DNA of 47,289 bases, filler included, from Catajapyx aquilonaris (Eukaryota), in NCBI GenBank assembly GCA_000934665.2. It is 2 parts of 2 records of this genome, joined end to end, with 100 filler letters (N's around TTAATTAATTAA, not from the genome) between each part and the next. Parts side by side here need not be neighbours in the genome. Positions count along the whole stretch, not along the records: positions 23,697 to 47,289 come from JYFJ02005653.1; 1 more part is not named here. One strand, given 5' to 3'. How positions within the stretch are numbered: the first letter of the stretch is position 1; each line of letters opens with the position of its first letter. This document shows positions 35,701 through 47,289 of the stretch, piece by piece. The translations under genes and the position numbers were made by a program. The notes beneath the pieces were generated by a model. That model was not told the origin of the DNA and did not search any database. It saw only the letters and a list, made by a program, of their open reading frames with translations.

Positions 35701-37775
35701 AAGTTTGTATTGCAATTTTAATATTACACTCTGGACAGCAGTCACAGTTTCATGGTTTTTGCCATGTAGCAGAATGCACTCTCTTGCTGAAAGTTGTACT
35801 CAGGATGCAGTGTATGTGTTAGGCTCAAACCCCAAAAATGCTTATTGAGTGAAAAAAAAAAACAGGCCAAGTTCTGGTCGTTTTCAAACCATCCAGAACT
35901 ATAGTTCTTCTGATCCTTTTTTAACATACAGGACGCAATGTGAACTAAACGAGAATTCCACGACGCAAATTTCTTGTTCTACAAAAGCGCAAAATTTATG
36001 GCAGTTTCGGGCTTCCCACTACACTATGAACTACCATACTTAACCATTTATGACTCTATTTATTAACATTAATACATGTTCTTACAGTAACTGTTAGAGT
36101 ATAGCACTTGGAATTACTGTACATTTAATACATCCTGAATAACATTTGCATTTTTTGTCAATGCAGGACCTTTTGCAACTGCAACTTATGAATCTCCGCT
36201 TACTACTTGAATTTAAAGTCGAAGCTGATCAACGAGACACAGAACTGGAAGAAACTTCATCCAGATTGATACAATAGGAATCAGCAGTTGTGAACTCGTT
36301 GCGAGCATACAGCCTCTCTAAAATTCTTTGGTGCCCAACTGGTAGAGGCCAGGCACATTAACGTCTATAACAACTGCTAACACATTCCTGGGAACCAAGG
36401 AAGACATTTTAGAGAGGCAGTATGCTTGCAATGAGCTCACAACTGCTGATTCCGATTGTATCAATCTGGATGAAGTTCCTTCCAGTTCTGCATCTCGTCG
36501 ATCGGATTCAGCTTTAAATTTAGGTAGTAAGCAGGGATTCGTAAGTTGCAGTTGCAAAAGGTACTGGACTGACAAGAAATGCAAATGTCGTTCAAGTAAT
36601 ATTAAAAGTACAGTAATTCCAAGTGCCACTCGAAAAGTTCCTGTAAAAACAAGAAGGCTAATAATAATACAGTACCAGTATTGTAATATACAGGGCAACA
36701 GTTCCTGTAAGAACACGCTGTATTAATGTTAATATATAGGGTCATACATTGTTAAGTACCGGTACTGTAGTTCATAGAGTAGTGGGAAACCCGAAACTGC
36801 CACATGTCCTGGGCATTTTCTGAACACGAAATTTGCGTCGTGGCATTATCATTTAGTCCTAAATGCATCCTGTATGTTTCGAAAAGGATCAGAACTATTT
36901 CTGGATGGGTTGAAAATGACCAGATACAGGTCTGGTCGTTTATTTCACTAAATGGGCATTTTCGGGGTTTCAGCCTAACATCCTCCAAGATTGCTGGGTA
37001 CAGTGGTCGCAGACACAAAGTGGAGTTTGCCTTGGCCTCGATTCACAATACACCTCCAACCATTATTTAAGCTCTGCGGGCTGAGCAGTCAGCATGAAAT
37101 TCTTCCCCGCCTTAACAAATTACTCACATTCGGATGCCCCCTAGAATTTGGACTCATTGATGAATATCAGTTACTCTCTTTTAGACAGTATATTTTGTGC
37201 ATTTAAATATACACATGCTGACAGATTGAAATGAATTTGATGGAATGTGAATGGGAAAATCCTGTTATTAGATAAACATTTTAGAAAATTTATGCAGAAA
37301 GAAATTCTGAGGCTATTAATGTATTACTGAGACCAATACGCAAAACTGGCCCATCACTATGCGGTTTACCCTACAGTACAACAAAATTTCTGCTTTCTGA
37401 GCTCTAATGAAGACTGCAAGCAGTGCAAGGTGTAAGGCCCTTTCTAACCCTGCATCATGATGCAAATGTGCACACTGCCCCTCACCTTCCTTCGTTTCAC
37501 ATGTTGGATTAGGGAAATTGGCAGCTTGTGGGGAACAATGCAGTTAGAAAACTCAGCATAGATTGTCAGCCTAATTTTGTGTAGCCCAACTTGCAGATCA
37601 ATGTCAAGTGTGAATGACAATTTTAAACAATGACTTCCACAGTTCACAATCTGCAGCCATCTACCTGTACATTGTTATTATTAGTATCTGACCCTCTTTC
37701 ATGCAATTTCTCCCCTGCTCTCAACAGGTTCAACGCCGCAAGTGGTGGAAATGCTGGGACAAATTATTGGACTAA
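32273..37775 (+). CDS. Ankyrin-repeat / PERK-like eIF2-alpha kinase fusion gene (~886 aa)
   Basis: Exons 32273-32799, 32876-33914, 34295-34732, 35094-35702 and 37728-37775 join through GT-AG introns (phases 2, 0, 0, 0) into one open frame of 2661 nt. The last exon and the start codon are less certain. Confidence 0.8.
32876..33914 (+). CDS. eIF2-alpha kinase domain exon (PERK/EIF2AK3-like)
   Basis: SRYVQEF, GEGSFAVV, YAVKRI, LREIHALAKLQHENIVKYHYAWVE, LYIQLELC, IHRDLKP.N, VKIGDFGL, TTNVGTPLYMGPEQ, ADIFAMGL. Confidence 0.93.
34295..34732 (+). CDS. Ankyrin block 2 exon (~4 repeats)
   Basis: ttacag| LLAACVDG, TATHVAVYEGH, SPLHKAAGQG, GETPRQLA |gtgagt; 438 bp, phase 0-0. Confidence 0.9.
35094..35702 (+). 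CDS. Ankyrin block 3 exon (~6 repeats)
   Basis: taccag| FLDACDEG, GNTGLHKAA, GTPLHIAV, QPIHWAV, TCLHWAV, GRSVLKAA |gtttgt; 609 bp, phase 0-0. Confidence 0.9.
35817..36980. mobile_element. Fold-back Ginger2/KRBA2-like transposon remnant
   Basis: TGT...ACA termini, arms over 500 bp. Plus strand 36385-36655 reads LGTKEDILERQY..QGFVSCSCK..KCKC..NSKCH..CKNK; minus strand reads PRNVLAVVIDV..GLYQLGTK. Confidence 0.75.
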
Positions 37776-38012
37776 GAGTTCAGACTCACTTTTGGAATGT
37801 GCTAAACATGCAGGACACAGGATCTTGGGAAGTAAGGTGTAGGAAATTAATTTCTAGGACACCTGCTTAGTCAACCAAGATTCACAGCCATCACTGGAAC
37901 CACAGATAGGAACCGTATTTTCAAACTCCGCATCCTGGGAAGGCAGGTGGGAAGGAGGGAAGGAAGGAGGAGAGCATGATCAGAAATCTGGTACGATGCA
38001 GATGGTTGCTGG

Positions 38013-38177
38013 ATGGGTATCATTAATAACAAGGTCTACACCGCAGGCCTAGAAAAAAGCTAGCGATGCGAGTGGTTTTCTAGGTCTGCGCCATAGAAAA
38101 ATGCGAGCAAAGCGAGTTTTTCTAATACACACTTGTTAAGAGCTCCCATTCCACGTAACTTGTTAATAATGCTGCCC
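38013..38177. mobile_element. Small inverted-repeat element
   Basis: tgggtatcattaataacaag / cttgttaataatgctgccca, with internal tagaaaaa..ttttcta hairpins. Confidence 0.5.
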
Positions 38178-38219
38178 AGCCTACTCTAGTACTCATAATA
38201 TGATCATATTATTGTATTA

Positions 38220-38899
38220 CCTCACTTAAAGCGCCATGGCAGTGTAGTCGAGGTCGACCAGTTTTTAGAAATGCACGATCTGGTGGCTATACCGGCATGC
38301 CAGTCTAAGGTGAGGTTTAGCACAGCATTATCACGATCTCTGTGAAAGTTATTACTACTCAAATGAATGCATTACATGTTCTACGGTGCGGACACATCCC
38401 ATAAGATCGTTCGTCAAGTTATTTCACGGCAACATTTTCAATTAACAATGCAAGGCTGCGAGAAGGGAAGCATACCAACCAGGACATTTCATATGTTGGG
38501 TTTGGATTTTATTATCTGAGTAATGAGGCTTCTCAGACAAATTGATGCCACTACACAAAATGATCCTCTGATGGCCAACGAGATCTGCGATCAGTGAACT
38601 ATTGAGCAAAATGGAAGGACTGAAGGAATTTGCCTCATCTTTTGTAATGTTTAGGGGGGTTCCCCTCTCAGAACAGGCAGAATATGGGATTGGTCACACT
38701 CTATGCCATGTGCAATAGACGAACTTGTATATTCTCATAGGCCTGTACTCATACATCTTTCACTGTAACATTATATCAGTGCAGTACCAGATGCATTCCA
38801 AAAATTTTGACAGGCATCAAAATATTATGCAAATCTGCCTCCGTTATTGGGGCATGCCGGCCACCCCCAGGTTAGACCTGCATGGCGCTTTAAGTGCGG
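38220..38899. mobile_element. TA-flanked MITE
   Basis: TA|CCTCACTTAAAGCGCCATG ... CATGGCGCTTTAAGTGCGG|TA. Confidence 0.7.
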
Positions 38900-39129
38900 T
38901 AATATGGTACAGCTGGACAGAGTGTTAGTTATGGCGAGTTATAGCTATCTAACTGCCCTACTAAGGTCTTAATAAACATGAACAGTCTTGTGAAAATTTG
39001 AGGGAAATGTTACGTAAGTCTGTCTTTAGAAACATCATTCTATTTCTCAGGAATCAAAACATAAGCATATAATTATCAGTACATCCTGAACATAAATCAC
39101 ACGCACACGAAAACACTCTCCACTTTGCT

Positions 39130-42100
39130 TCATTGCCTTCGATGCTTGATACCTGTCAACCTGGCAATGCTGTTTGCATGAGCAAATGCAAAGGCCTTCC
39201 GGGCCAGTTTTTCCTTTTCACTGAACTGGGGATCAGAATTGGTCTCTGCCGCTTGGTAACTCGCCCTCTCGATGCACAGGCAAAGATCATTGAGCTGAGA
39301 CTGGTTCATAACCAAATCACTGTTTTCCATCAGAGGAGTTGCATCACACATCAAAGATGGCCAGAACCTGTGACAAAATACCTGGTCAAAAAGGTTACGC
39401 TCAAGAATACATGCTGATTATTATTATTCACAAGATGGGTGCGGCAAGAAAGGCATGCCCCTTACGTAAAGGTTGCTTATTTGGTTTTTATCCATAAGCA
39501 GAATGTTGTGTGTAACCTATGAATTAGTGTGCAAGGATTACAGCAGTTAACTAATGCAAGTAACCCAATATTCACTGCCACTACATATTAGCCAAATAAG
39601 CAACTTCTGTAAGCAATGGACCGTTCTTGTTGGTACATCCTATGTCACTGTGCACTCACGTCTTTGGCGTCATGGCATACTTGACAATGGCCAAGAGTAG
39701 TTGAAGTGCTTCCTTGTACTTGTTTGATGAATACAGCTGGTTGAACTCATAATACTTGGCTTTAAAAAAGTATTGATTTAGTTTTTTGGCAAGAATGTCA
39801 GGTGCAAAACATGATATTGCTCTCATACCAATTTGCAATAAAAAATGGCATTACAAACACCAAACACATACTTGCATCAAGAATGAATAATGCTCACTTA
39901 AAAAGATGAGGTGATCGCTGAGAAGCATGTTTATGCCAAGATGCTCTAAAATGTCTGGAAACAGAAAGGTCCCAGTTGCAAGCAGGTTATTGAGAGCATT
40001 ATCTGCTGCACTGGTGGTGAGAATGGGGTCGCTGCATCGAAGAGCCCAGCTCATGCCATGGCCTGCTTCACCTCTTGCAAGCATCTCACGCGCCTGCTTT
40101 ATGCAAACACTTCGTGCTGTCAATAGACAATGATTATAAAGTGTGACTTGAGCAAAAAGCTGAAGCACTGGTACACACTCGAGCAGTTTACTTTGAACAT
40201 TTCACAATAAATGGTTCAAAGCATTAGATCCTTCTTTTTGTATAAAATTGTACTCACCCTCTTCAGTGAGGTTCCTCTTCACTGACTCAGAAATGATCTT
40301 CCTTGCGGCATATTCTCCTCCACTGGTAGGAATTCTGTCCAGAAATTCTGATTGCAGAGCTTGTCCCTTAATGGGACAGTAGTCCAGATAGGCCAGTCCC
40401 AACTGCCACAGCTGCGAGTGGGACATAAGTGCTTCGGCCAGGTCAATGACCCACCCTTCCCGAGTTGCAGGGGTCAGGTTCTGCAGCTTTAACTTGTGAG
40501 TCACATCTCCACTCCTGCCAGTGTGATACAAGAGGTCACCCAGATGGGCAGTCATCCAAGTGTTTCGAAAAGCTCGATGTGCCTCCAGCACCACCTGCAA
40601 GAGACGAAGGCACGAAACTTTGCGTAACATCACATCATGAACTAAAAAACTGCCAAACACGGGTTGACCATGCACTGACCATGTGTGCATCTCCATCCAT
40701 GGCAGCCATCAGCACCCAGTCGCACTGCCCAAGGGAACTTTCCTTGGCATCCCTGCACATGTCCAGAACGCTGTCTGCCTGCGTCCTGAGTTCCCCTGGG
40801 TATGTACAAGGTTGAGTGAAGAAGATCCAGGCAGCCAGCACTTCATACCAGGAGAGACTCAGCAAGTCCCTGGCCTCTGCAATCCCTTTCTCATCCCCAG
40901 CAAGCACTTGGCAGAGCAAGTCCAGATGGTTCTCCTGGGAAAAGGTGCCCTCATCTTGATGCCTAAGCACCTCCCGACGCCACTTTTGCCAGCGCAAGAC
41001 ATGGTCGTGGGCAGGTTGGTTGCTGGAAGGCTATCACAATAGATGGAGGGAACATTTCTAAGTAGGCACTAATAAGAGCAGTGAAAGTATGATTCCACAT
41101 AAATTTGACTAATTCAACCACCTGCAAGTGTAGGCAGACATGCATGTCTGGTATAACATGCAAATTGACATAAGCTGGTATAAAAAAGTCAGATATGAAT
41201 AATGTGCCTGAGTACAATTTGGTTAACAGATTACCATCTTTAAAAATCTAAGATCCGAACAATTCTTTCCCACTCGTTAGGAAGCAAAAGGCATAAACTA
41301 CTTACATCATATATAGGCATGGTTCTGAGCAAGAGCCCCATGACCTGGAAGGCATCTAACTCAGCAGCTGAGTGTATTTCAAGAAAGTTACGGGCCTCAG
41401 TGATACGACCCTGGACCACATATCCTATGAGAGCCTGCCAGTAGAGTGGATGGGCATCCGCAGTGCCATCCGCAACCACTTGCTTTGCATTTTCTTGGCA
41501 GCTAGTGAAGTGGACCTGAATCCAGCTCAGAAGGTCAGCTGTCACAACATCACCTAAAAGAATGCCAAAGACACAGAATTAAGGGCAGGTGGTATACAGG
41601 GTGAAGGAAAACTCGCGGACAATCACAGTGTAGGCTGATAGTACTTGCAAAGGATGTGCTATTAGTTTTGGGCGCCGTTGGATAGTTAATGCGTGCACCA
41701 TCAAAGTTTAGTGAAATCACATCCGTTCCGTCAGCTTCAATGAAACAACAGCCAGCTTGAGGGCCTCCGAACAATCCAGCCTTGGGTCCCTAACACATCG
41801 TCCATGTGCAAAAGGTGATCAAGTCCCATCAGAGTAAGAATCCGGGTACGATACCTGTGCACTTAATCGTTTTTACTTCATATTTTACCATCCGGCCCTC
41901 TACACTTTAAAGGTGTCATACACATTAACTGCTCAATGGCGCTCAAAACTAATTGCACATCCCTATATTAGTTTTGCAAGTACTATCAGCTTACCTGGCG
42001 ATTGTCCATGAGTTTCCCTTCACCCTGTATAGTCCTTTTGTGGGACTACCTTCGTGTAGACACATCATTTTTTGACACACTATACTCTGGATATTATTAG

Positions 42101-42854
42101 GTGTATGACATAGCAAGTTCATGTCTTTGTCGGGGCATTATTGCTTTTGGGTCAGAACAAACACTTACAGCATATGCATATGATGTTCATATGAAGTGCA
42201 AAATAATTATGGTGCACCTACACACTTATGATGTGCAGCGTGTGCACCATTACTATGTAGCACTCCTGAATTTTCGCTGAGCGGCTTCTTTTCTCACCTG
42301 GTCCACAAGTCAGGAACAAAATTTCACAAAAGTTCCACACAAACTCCATCTGGGTAGCCGCGATGGCCATTTCCTGATCACCTTCGTCCTCCGCACTCTC
42401 CATAAAGCCTCGCAATATGGACCTGCAAGTACCAACGAAGCTTAATAAAAACACAAGCCTAATTTCCCTGACAATCCTCACCTATACTGCCAGCTAATAT
42501 GCCTGAGCCAATCATTGTCAGCCTTATCCTTGATCTTATCCTGCTTCTGCAGCACCATGAACGTCCCACTGGCCTCCTGCACCATCTCGCGGAGACACGG
42601 CCTCTCCAGAGCCAAATCACGCCTCAGCATATGCAGGTTATGGTCTGCCACACAAAATATTAATCAGTAACTGCGCTAACAATGCGAAGGGCATGTAGCC
42701 TCCTCCTTACCAGTCTTCCCTGCCAGGATCAGCTGGTTGCTGGGCGTGCACTGGTGGACCACAAGCGGCCGCTGCTGTCTCTGTAAAGTGTGCAATGGTG
42801 TCAACCCCCATTCACCTGTAAAGTGCTGCACTGTGTGGTGCCTACCTCCATCAT
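39130..42854 (-). CDS. Nup85: Nucleoporin Nup85 (10 coding exons, ~619 aa)
   Basis: Exons 42854-42846, 42780-42711, 42644-42482, 42422-42298, 41553-41306, 41030-40680, 40594-40258, 40116-39898, 39759-39660 and 39367-39130 join in phase (1860 nt). Motifs HPLYW..VVQGRITEAR..LLRTMP, W..AHL.DLL, LMSHSQLWQLG..YLDYCP. Confidence 0.92.
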
Positions 42855-44638
42855 GTTTGCCTCTGGTGCTGCAGACCAAGGTAATACGAAGCCGGTCGGT
42901 ACCACTCTCGCCGGTACAGTGTACCACGCACGCGGGTTTCAGGATTCAAGCATGGGGCTTCCCTCCAACCGTCGCTAGGCCTCGTCTCTCGATTGCGCTT
43001 GTCCACACCAGGTGTCGGGCCTGTGCCTGCTTCACACCTCCCATCTGGTGGTGGATATTGAAACTACGCTCAAAATAATGCCACATATTATTATGAAAAA
43101 ATTAATATTAATGTCCCCTTTGTCAGTTCAGCACTGTAGTCACTGGAATTAATCATATGGCAGGAAATGGGTGAAATGAAAGTTGACAGTGAAATAAAAG
43201 TGTTTGAAAATAATATTGACATCAGAATTTAATGGGAAATTATAAGTAAACACATGAACCGGATTATTATAATGGCACTAAACAAATCCATGCCCAGTTT
43301 CTCTCCGTCCTCAAAACATTATACAGTCCAGTCATCATCTGATGATACCCCTCGTTTCAGCACTTGCGATAATCATTTACGTAAATTGTACCATGATTGT
43401 AAAATAAACGTACGTATAAACCACTGTAAAAAAGTGGGGCTAGGAACTTCTCAGTTACCAGTGTACATTGTAAAGATGTAAATACTGTGCCCTCTAACCT
43501 GCCTGTAACCATCTGTAACATGTAAACTGTTGTATTCCAAGATTCGAAGCGTAACTCCTCACTTCACACTCATCTACTTCCACCTTTATGGTAAATAGCA
43601 AATTAGCACGTCCACTCAACCCATCCCAAACAAGGCCATTTGGACATGATTATATTCCTCACAGAGGAGGGTCCAAGATCTCCCAGTAATCTTTCCAGTT
43701 TCACTGTAGTATTACGGAAGGATAAACCTCTTGACTGCATAAGAGCCATGAAAAAGCAATTCTACTGTATATGCCACTTACAAGCATTAAATACAGTGTA
43801 ACAAAGAATACCTTCCAGGATAATTTGTACTGAACATTGTTCATAATAATGCGAGATTTGAAAAAAGTTTTACCCTACACATTCCAGCATTGCAAAAATT
43901 CGCATGTGAAATCCCCAATTTTGCAGTTTTTCCCACTTTAAAATCATCACAGGAGGTGCCAAAATGTTATTTTAATTATAATGTTCCAAGAAAGAATAGA
44001 TGACACTTGAAAAATTGAGTTTCATATTGTGCACTAAAACAGATGTGTAATGAAACAAATGATTTTCCGACACTAGTTGCACAGGTGCAAATGGGAGGCA
44101 ATTATTTTTGGCACATTCATATAATTACAGTACTTCCAAATTTAGTGAACAATAGGAATCTCAAAAAACAGTCACAATCTATAATACCTGCACTTGACAA
44201 ATTAGCATGTTATCTATTGCCACTAATGCCTCATGTCATGACTTTAAAGTGGAAAACTGCACGATTAAAAATTTTAAATGTCGATTTTTGCTTATACCAT
44301 GAGAGACATTACAAACTCGAGCTTCACTTTTAAATCTGCCATTATTATTTAGCGTTTCGTCAATGCTGAACGGTCACTCTGCCATTATTACTAACAACAT
44401 CCACTGAAAATCGCGGCAGTCAGAAAAAAAATATCATGCAAGAAATCCTTTTATGCAAAGATTTTTAACCAGATCTGTTTTTGCATTTCACAGCTTAGAC
44501 CTGTGGCACACCATTACCTCCACCTTTACCCACTAAAATACCAGACAAAACCATGTGACTCTTGTAAAAGCTATAAACGAACACACAAACCATGATGTAT
44601 ATTATAACCGTAGCGCAGCACAGGTATCACAATTTTCC

Positions 44639-46252
44639 TCAGAACACTCGATCCTGGTAGCCACTATCCATGACTGACGTGTTGGGTCGTGGCTGGCCCA
44701 TCTGGTGAGGGTGTGGGCGCAGGTGGCCCCCAGGTCGCCTTGGGGGTGCAAGGTACTCAAACATGCTCTGCCCATGCTGGGCTAGCATTTTACCTAGTTC
44801 ACAAGGCATAGGGTCAGTCCAGAAGAAGTCGTGGTTCAGTGCTGAGTCACTGTCAGTTCGGCGTGCTGGATCCAGGGTCAGAAGCCTGTCCAACAAGTCA
44901 CACGCATACGGGTCTTTCACGTATGGTTTGAGCCGCTCCTTCACTTTGCGTTTCTGTCCCTTAGTCAACTCTAGCTTGTTGTAGAGTTCCATGTTCTCCA
45001 CTCCAGGCCATGCATCTGGTGTGATTGAGCCACACAGCTGGGAGATCAAGGTCAGCTGTTGCTGCTCAGTGTTGCCCTGTATCGTAAATACAAAGTCAGA
45101 ATTTAGGGATCAAGTAATGTCACCCAGTTCACTCATGAGCATCAGAATTATCATATACTGTAAAAGGCACATTCAAGTTACTGCCACACACCTGCATGAT
45201 TGGGCTGCGAGTCCACATCTCAGCCATGATACAGCCAGCGCCCCACATGTCCACTGGTGGACCGTAATTACGCTCACCAAGCAGCAACTCAGGTGGTCGG
45301 TACCAGAGTGTTACAACTCTGTTGGTGTAGCGATTGGGCTGGTTGTTCTTGTTGACACTGAAGGCCCTGGCCAGCCCAAAGTCGGCCAGTTTCAGTACAC
45401 CATTTTTGGTGATCAGGACATTGGCAGCCTTCATGTCTCGATGCAGTATCTGAAAAGTTGCTCCATTAAGTATTCGTTCGGAAGATTTTACATGCAATTA
45501 CGCTTTTAATTGTTAGTTCATTGTTACCAACAATATTTATGGTACACCTGAATTTTGCACTGATGCAACTCACCTTGTTACTGTGAATGTAGTACAGCCC
45601 ATTTAAAAGCTGCTGCATCACTTTCTTGATTTCACCCAGGCTGAACTTGACATTGACATTGGACAGAAGGCCTGCCAAATCATGTTCGCAGAAGTCAAAT
45701 ACCAGGTAGAAGGTCGACCGGTAGCGGTTGTTCTGAGTTGCTAGATCAGATCAGATACAGTCAGTGGGTGAAGTCACACTGAACACTGATCCCATACCTT
45801 TCGAGCGGCATATCTCAATCAGATTAACAACGTTCTCATGTTTTAAAAGCTGCAGGATTCGGATTTCACGAAGTGCCGTAATTGGAAACTGCAAAGAAAA
45901 ATCTGGTTGATAACTCCGAGGATATGAGACAATTCAAGCTACACATGTGCCAGGTATATCATACCCCTTCCTTCTCATTTTCCATCAGCACTTTCTTCAG
46001 CGCAACCAGCTTCTTCGTCTTCTTGTGTTTTGCCTTGAACACCTCCCTGGAAAGCAAACACCCAATTTATGATTAACCACACTTTGGACCAAGCCCTGCA
46101 CATTTATAAGCCCCACTTTAACTCACTAGGAATGAAACACCTTACCCGAAAGTGCCCTGTCCAATCTTGGTGAGCTTCTCGTACTTGGTGAAGTCATCGC
46201 AGAAGGCGTAGTCATACTCCTCTATGTACTTCTCCCTCTCACGGGCATTCAT
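44639..46252 (-). CDS. CDK9: Cyclin-dependent kinase 9 (P-TEFb kinase; 6 coding exons, 380 aa)
   Basis: Exons 46252-46146, 46046-45965, 45888-45798, 45740-45574, 45449-45192 and 45076-44639. Motifs [45 protein letters not shown]. Confidence 0.98.
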
Positions 46253-46420
46253 TCTCACCAGTGTACAATACTTAATGTGGCTACTTAATCAAACTACAAC
46301 TATAAAACTTTAAATATAATCTTTCACCTCAAGTTGCACACTTCTTGTGCAACCTCCAGGCCTAGTCCCACTAAGAGAGATGGAGCGACCGCCAGATGGC
46401 CGCACTTTCGGAGCATAATT
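46253..46420 (-). promoter_or_regulatory. Probable CDK9 5' UTR/promoter region
   Basis: Directly upstream of the ATG, with a CpG-containing patch and YY1-like AGATGGCCGC near 46394. Confidence 0.35.
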
Positions 46421-47080
46421 ATAATTTTTAATAAATATAATTTGCCATACAATTAGGCTGTCCTGGTTTTAGCCTTTTACACCCTTGTTCCTGGTTAACA
46501 TTTCCTTTTCTATTCTTCAGTTCTTCACAAATTACCTCACCTGATACCACGCCTGATACGTGATACCAACCTGATACAGTCGTCACTGAGGAAGTTCATC
46601 CTTGTGGAATTCAACTGCTTCAAGAGGGAACACGCAACACGGGAGCCAGATATGGGCACCGAGAGTCAGTTAATGAGCCAGGTACTCTCATTACTTCATT
46701 ACTTCAGGAGATGGAAGCCAAAAGCAATCATCTTAACCCAACTGCATTCTGAGAAAGCCCCATTTTTCAGTTTCGATTTGTATTGCTGCAAACATCATTC
46801 TCAGATTTGCATGTATACTGTACCAAGATGACTCATTTTTACCCAGGTATTTGGCTCATTAGGTGTGCCTATACTTGAAGATGTTAATGGCAGTGCCAGT
46901 TCAAAAAGCAACAAAAAATTAAGATAGCCACTTTTGACTTCAATCGAGATCCTCACATGATTGTGTGGTGTTTGAACACTGTAGCCTACATTCTAAAACC
47001 TTCAGATATTTTTTAAAGGGGCAACACATTTCAATTAAGGAGAAGCCCTGATGTAAATGAAGGAATTATATAATTTTTGA

Positions 47081-47289
47081 CTAGCAGCGGTACCCGTTCT
47101 TCGCACGGGGAAAAAAGAGCGTGGATAATTACACCGAAATTTCTTAGATCTCAGGCATTATTAAATGCAAAACTGCTCATTCCCTTGCATATGTAGGCAG
47201 TGGAAGGGTGTAAACATTTTGGTTTGTTTGCGTAATAAAGAGCCACGCAACTATGGCTACGTGGTTATCAGAATACAAAAAGGTGGAAC
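47081..47289 (-). mobile_element. 3' end of a second Helitron, extending beyond the window
   Basis: Minus strand CCCGT-gcgaaga-ACGGG hairpin, a short spacer, then CTAG|T at 47081/47080. Confidence 0.75.

Noticed and set aside
32273..35702. RNase L orthologue or canonical PERK
   Set aside because: No KEN/RNase domain follows the kinase and the kinase motifs look catalytically intact and EIF2AK-type. No lumenal or TM region is visible, so no gene symbol was assigned.
46520..46831. Divergent plus-strand gene sharing the CDK9 promoter
   Set aside because: Splice-like signals exist, but there is no recognisable protein and the implied intron (~25 nt) is too short.

Overview
Animal, probably arthropod, genomic DNA with spliceosomal introns and no prokaryotic features. 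An artificial 100-bp linker (44 N + TTAATTAATTAA + 44 N, 23597-23696) splits the window, so the two halves may not be truly adjacent. The left half holds the 5' part of an alpha-tubulin gene (candidate ATG exon at 2548-2550, exons 20250-20472 and 22319-22423). Its introns are crowded with nested MITEs, fold-back elements, Helentron-associated (HINE/DINE-1-like) elements and tRNA-derived SINEs, including V-domain SINEs. The right half holds an open Helitron Rep-helicase ORF cut by the gap, a small transmembrane ORF with PPxY/LPxY motifs, a fold-back Ginger2-like remnant, complete Nup85 and CDK9 genes (both minus strand) and the 3' end of a second Helitron. The main finding is a spliced plus-strand gene (32273-37775, about 886 aa by my exon join) in which a PERK-like eIF2-alpha kinase domain lies between three ankyrin-repeat blocks, with no visible signal peptide, lumenal domain or transmembrane segment. 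All homology calls are from motif recognition; no searches were run.
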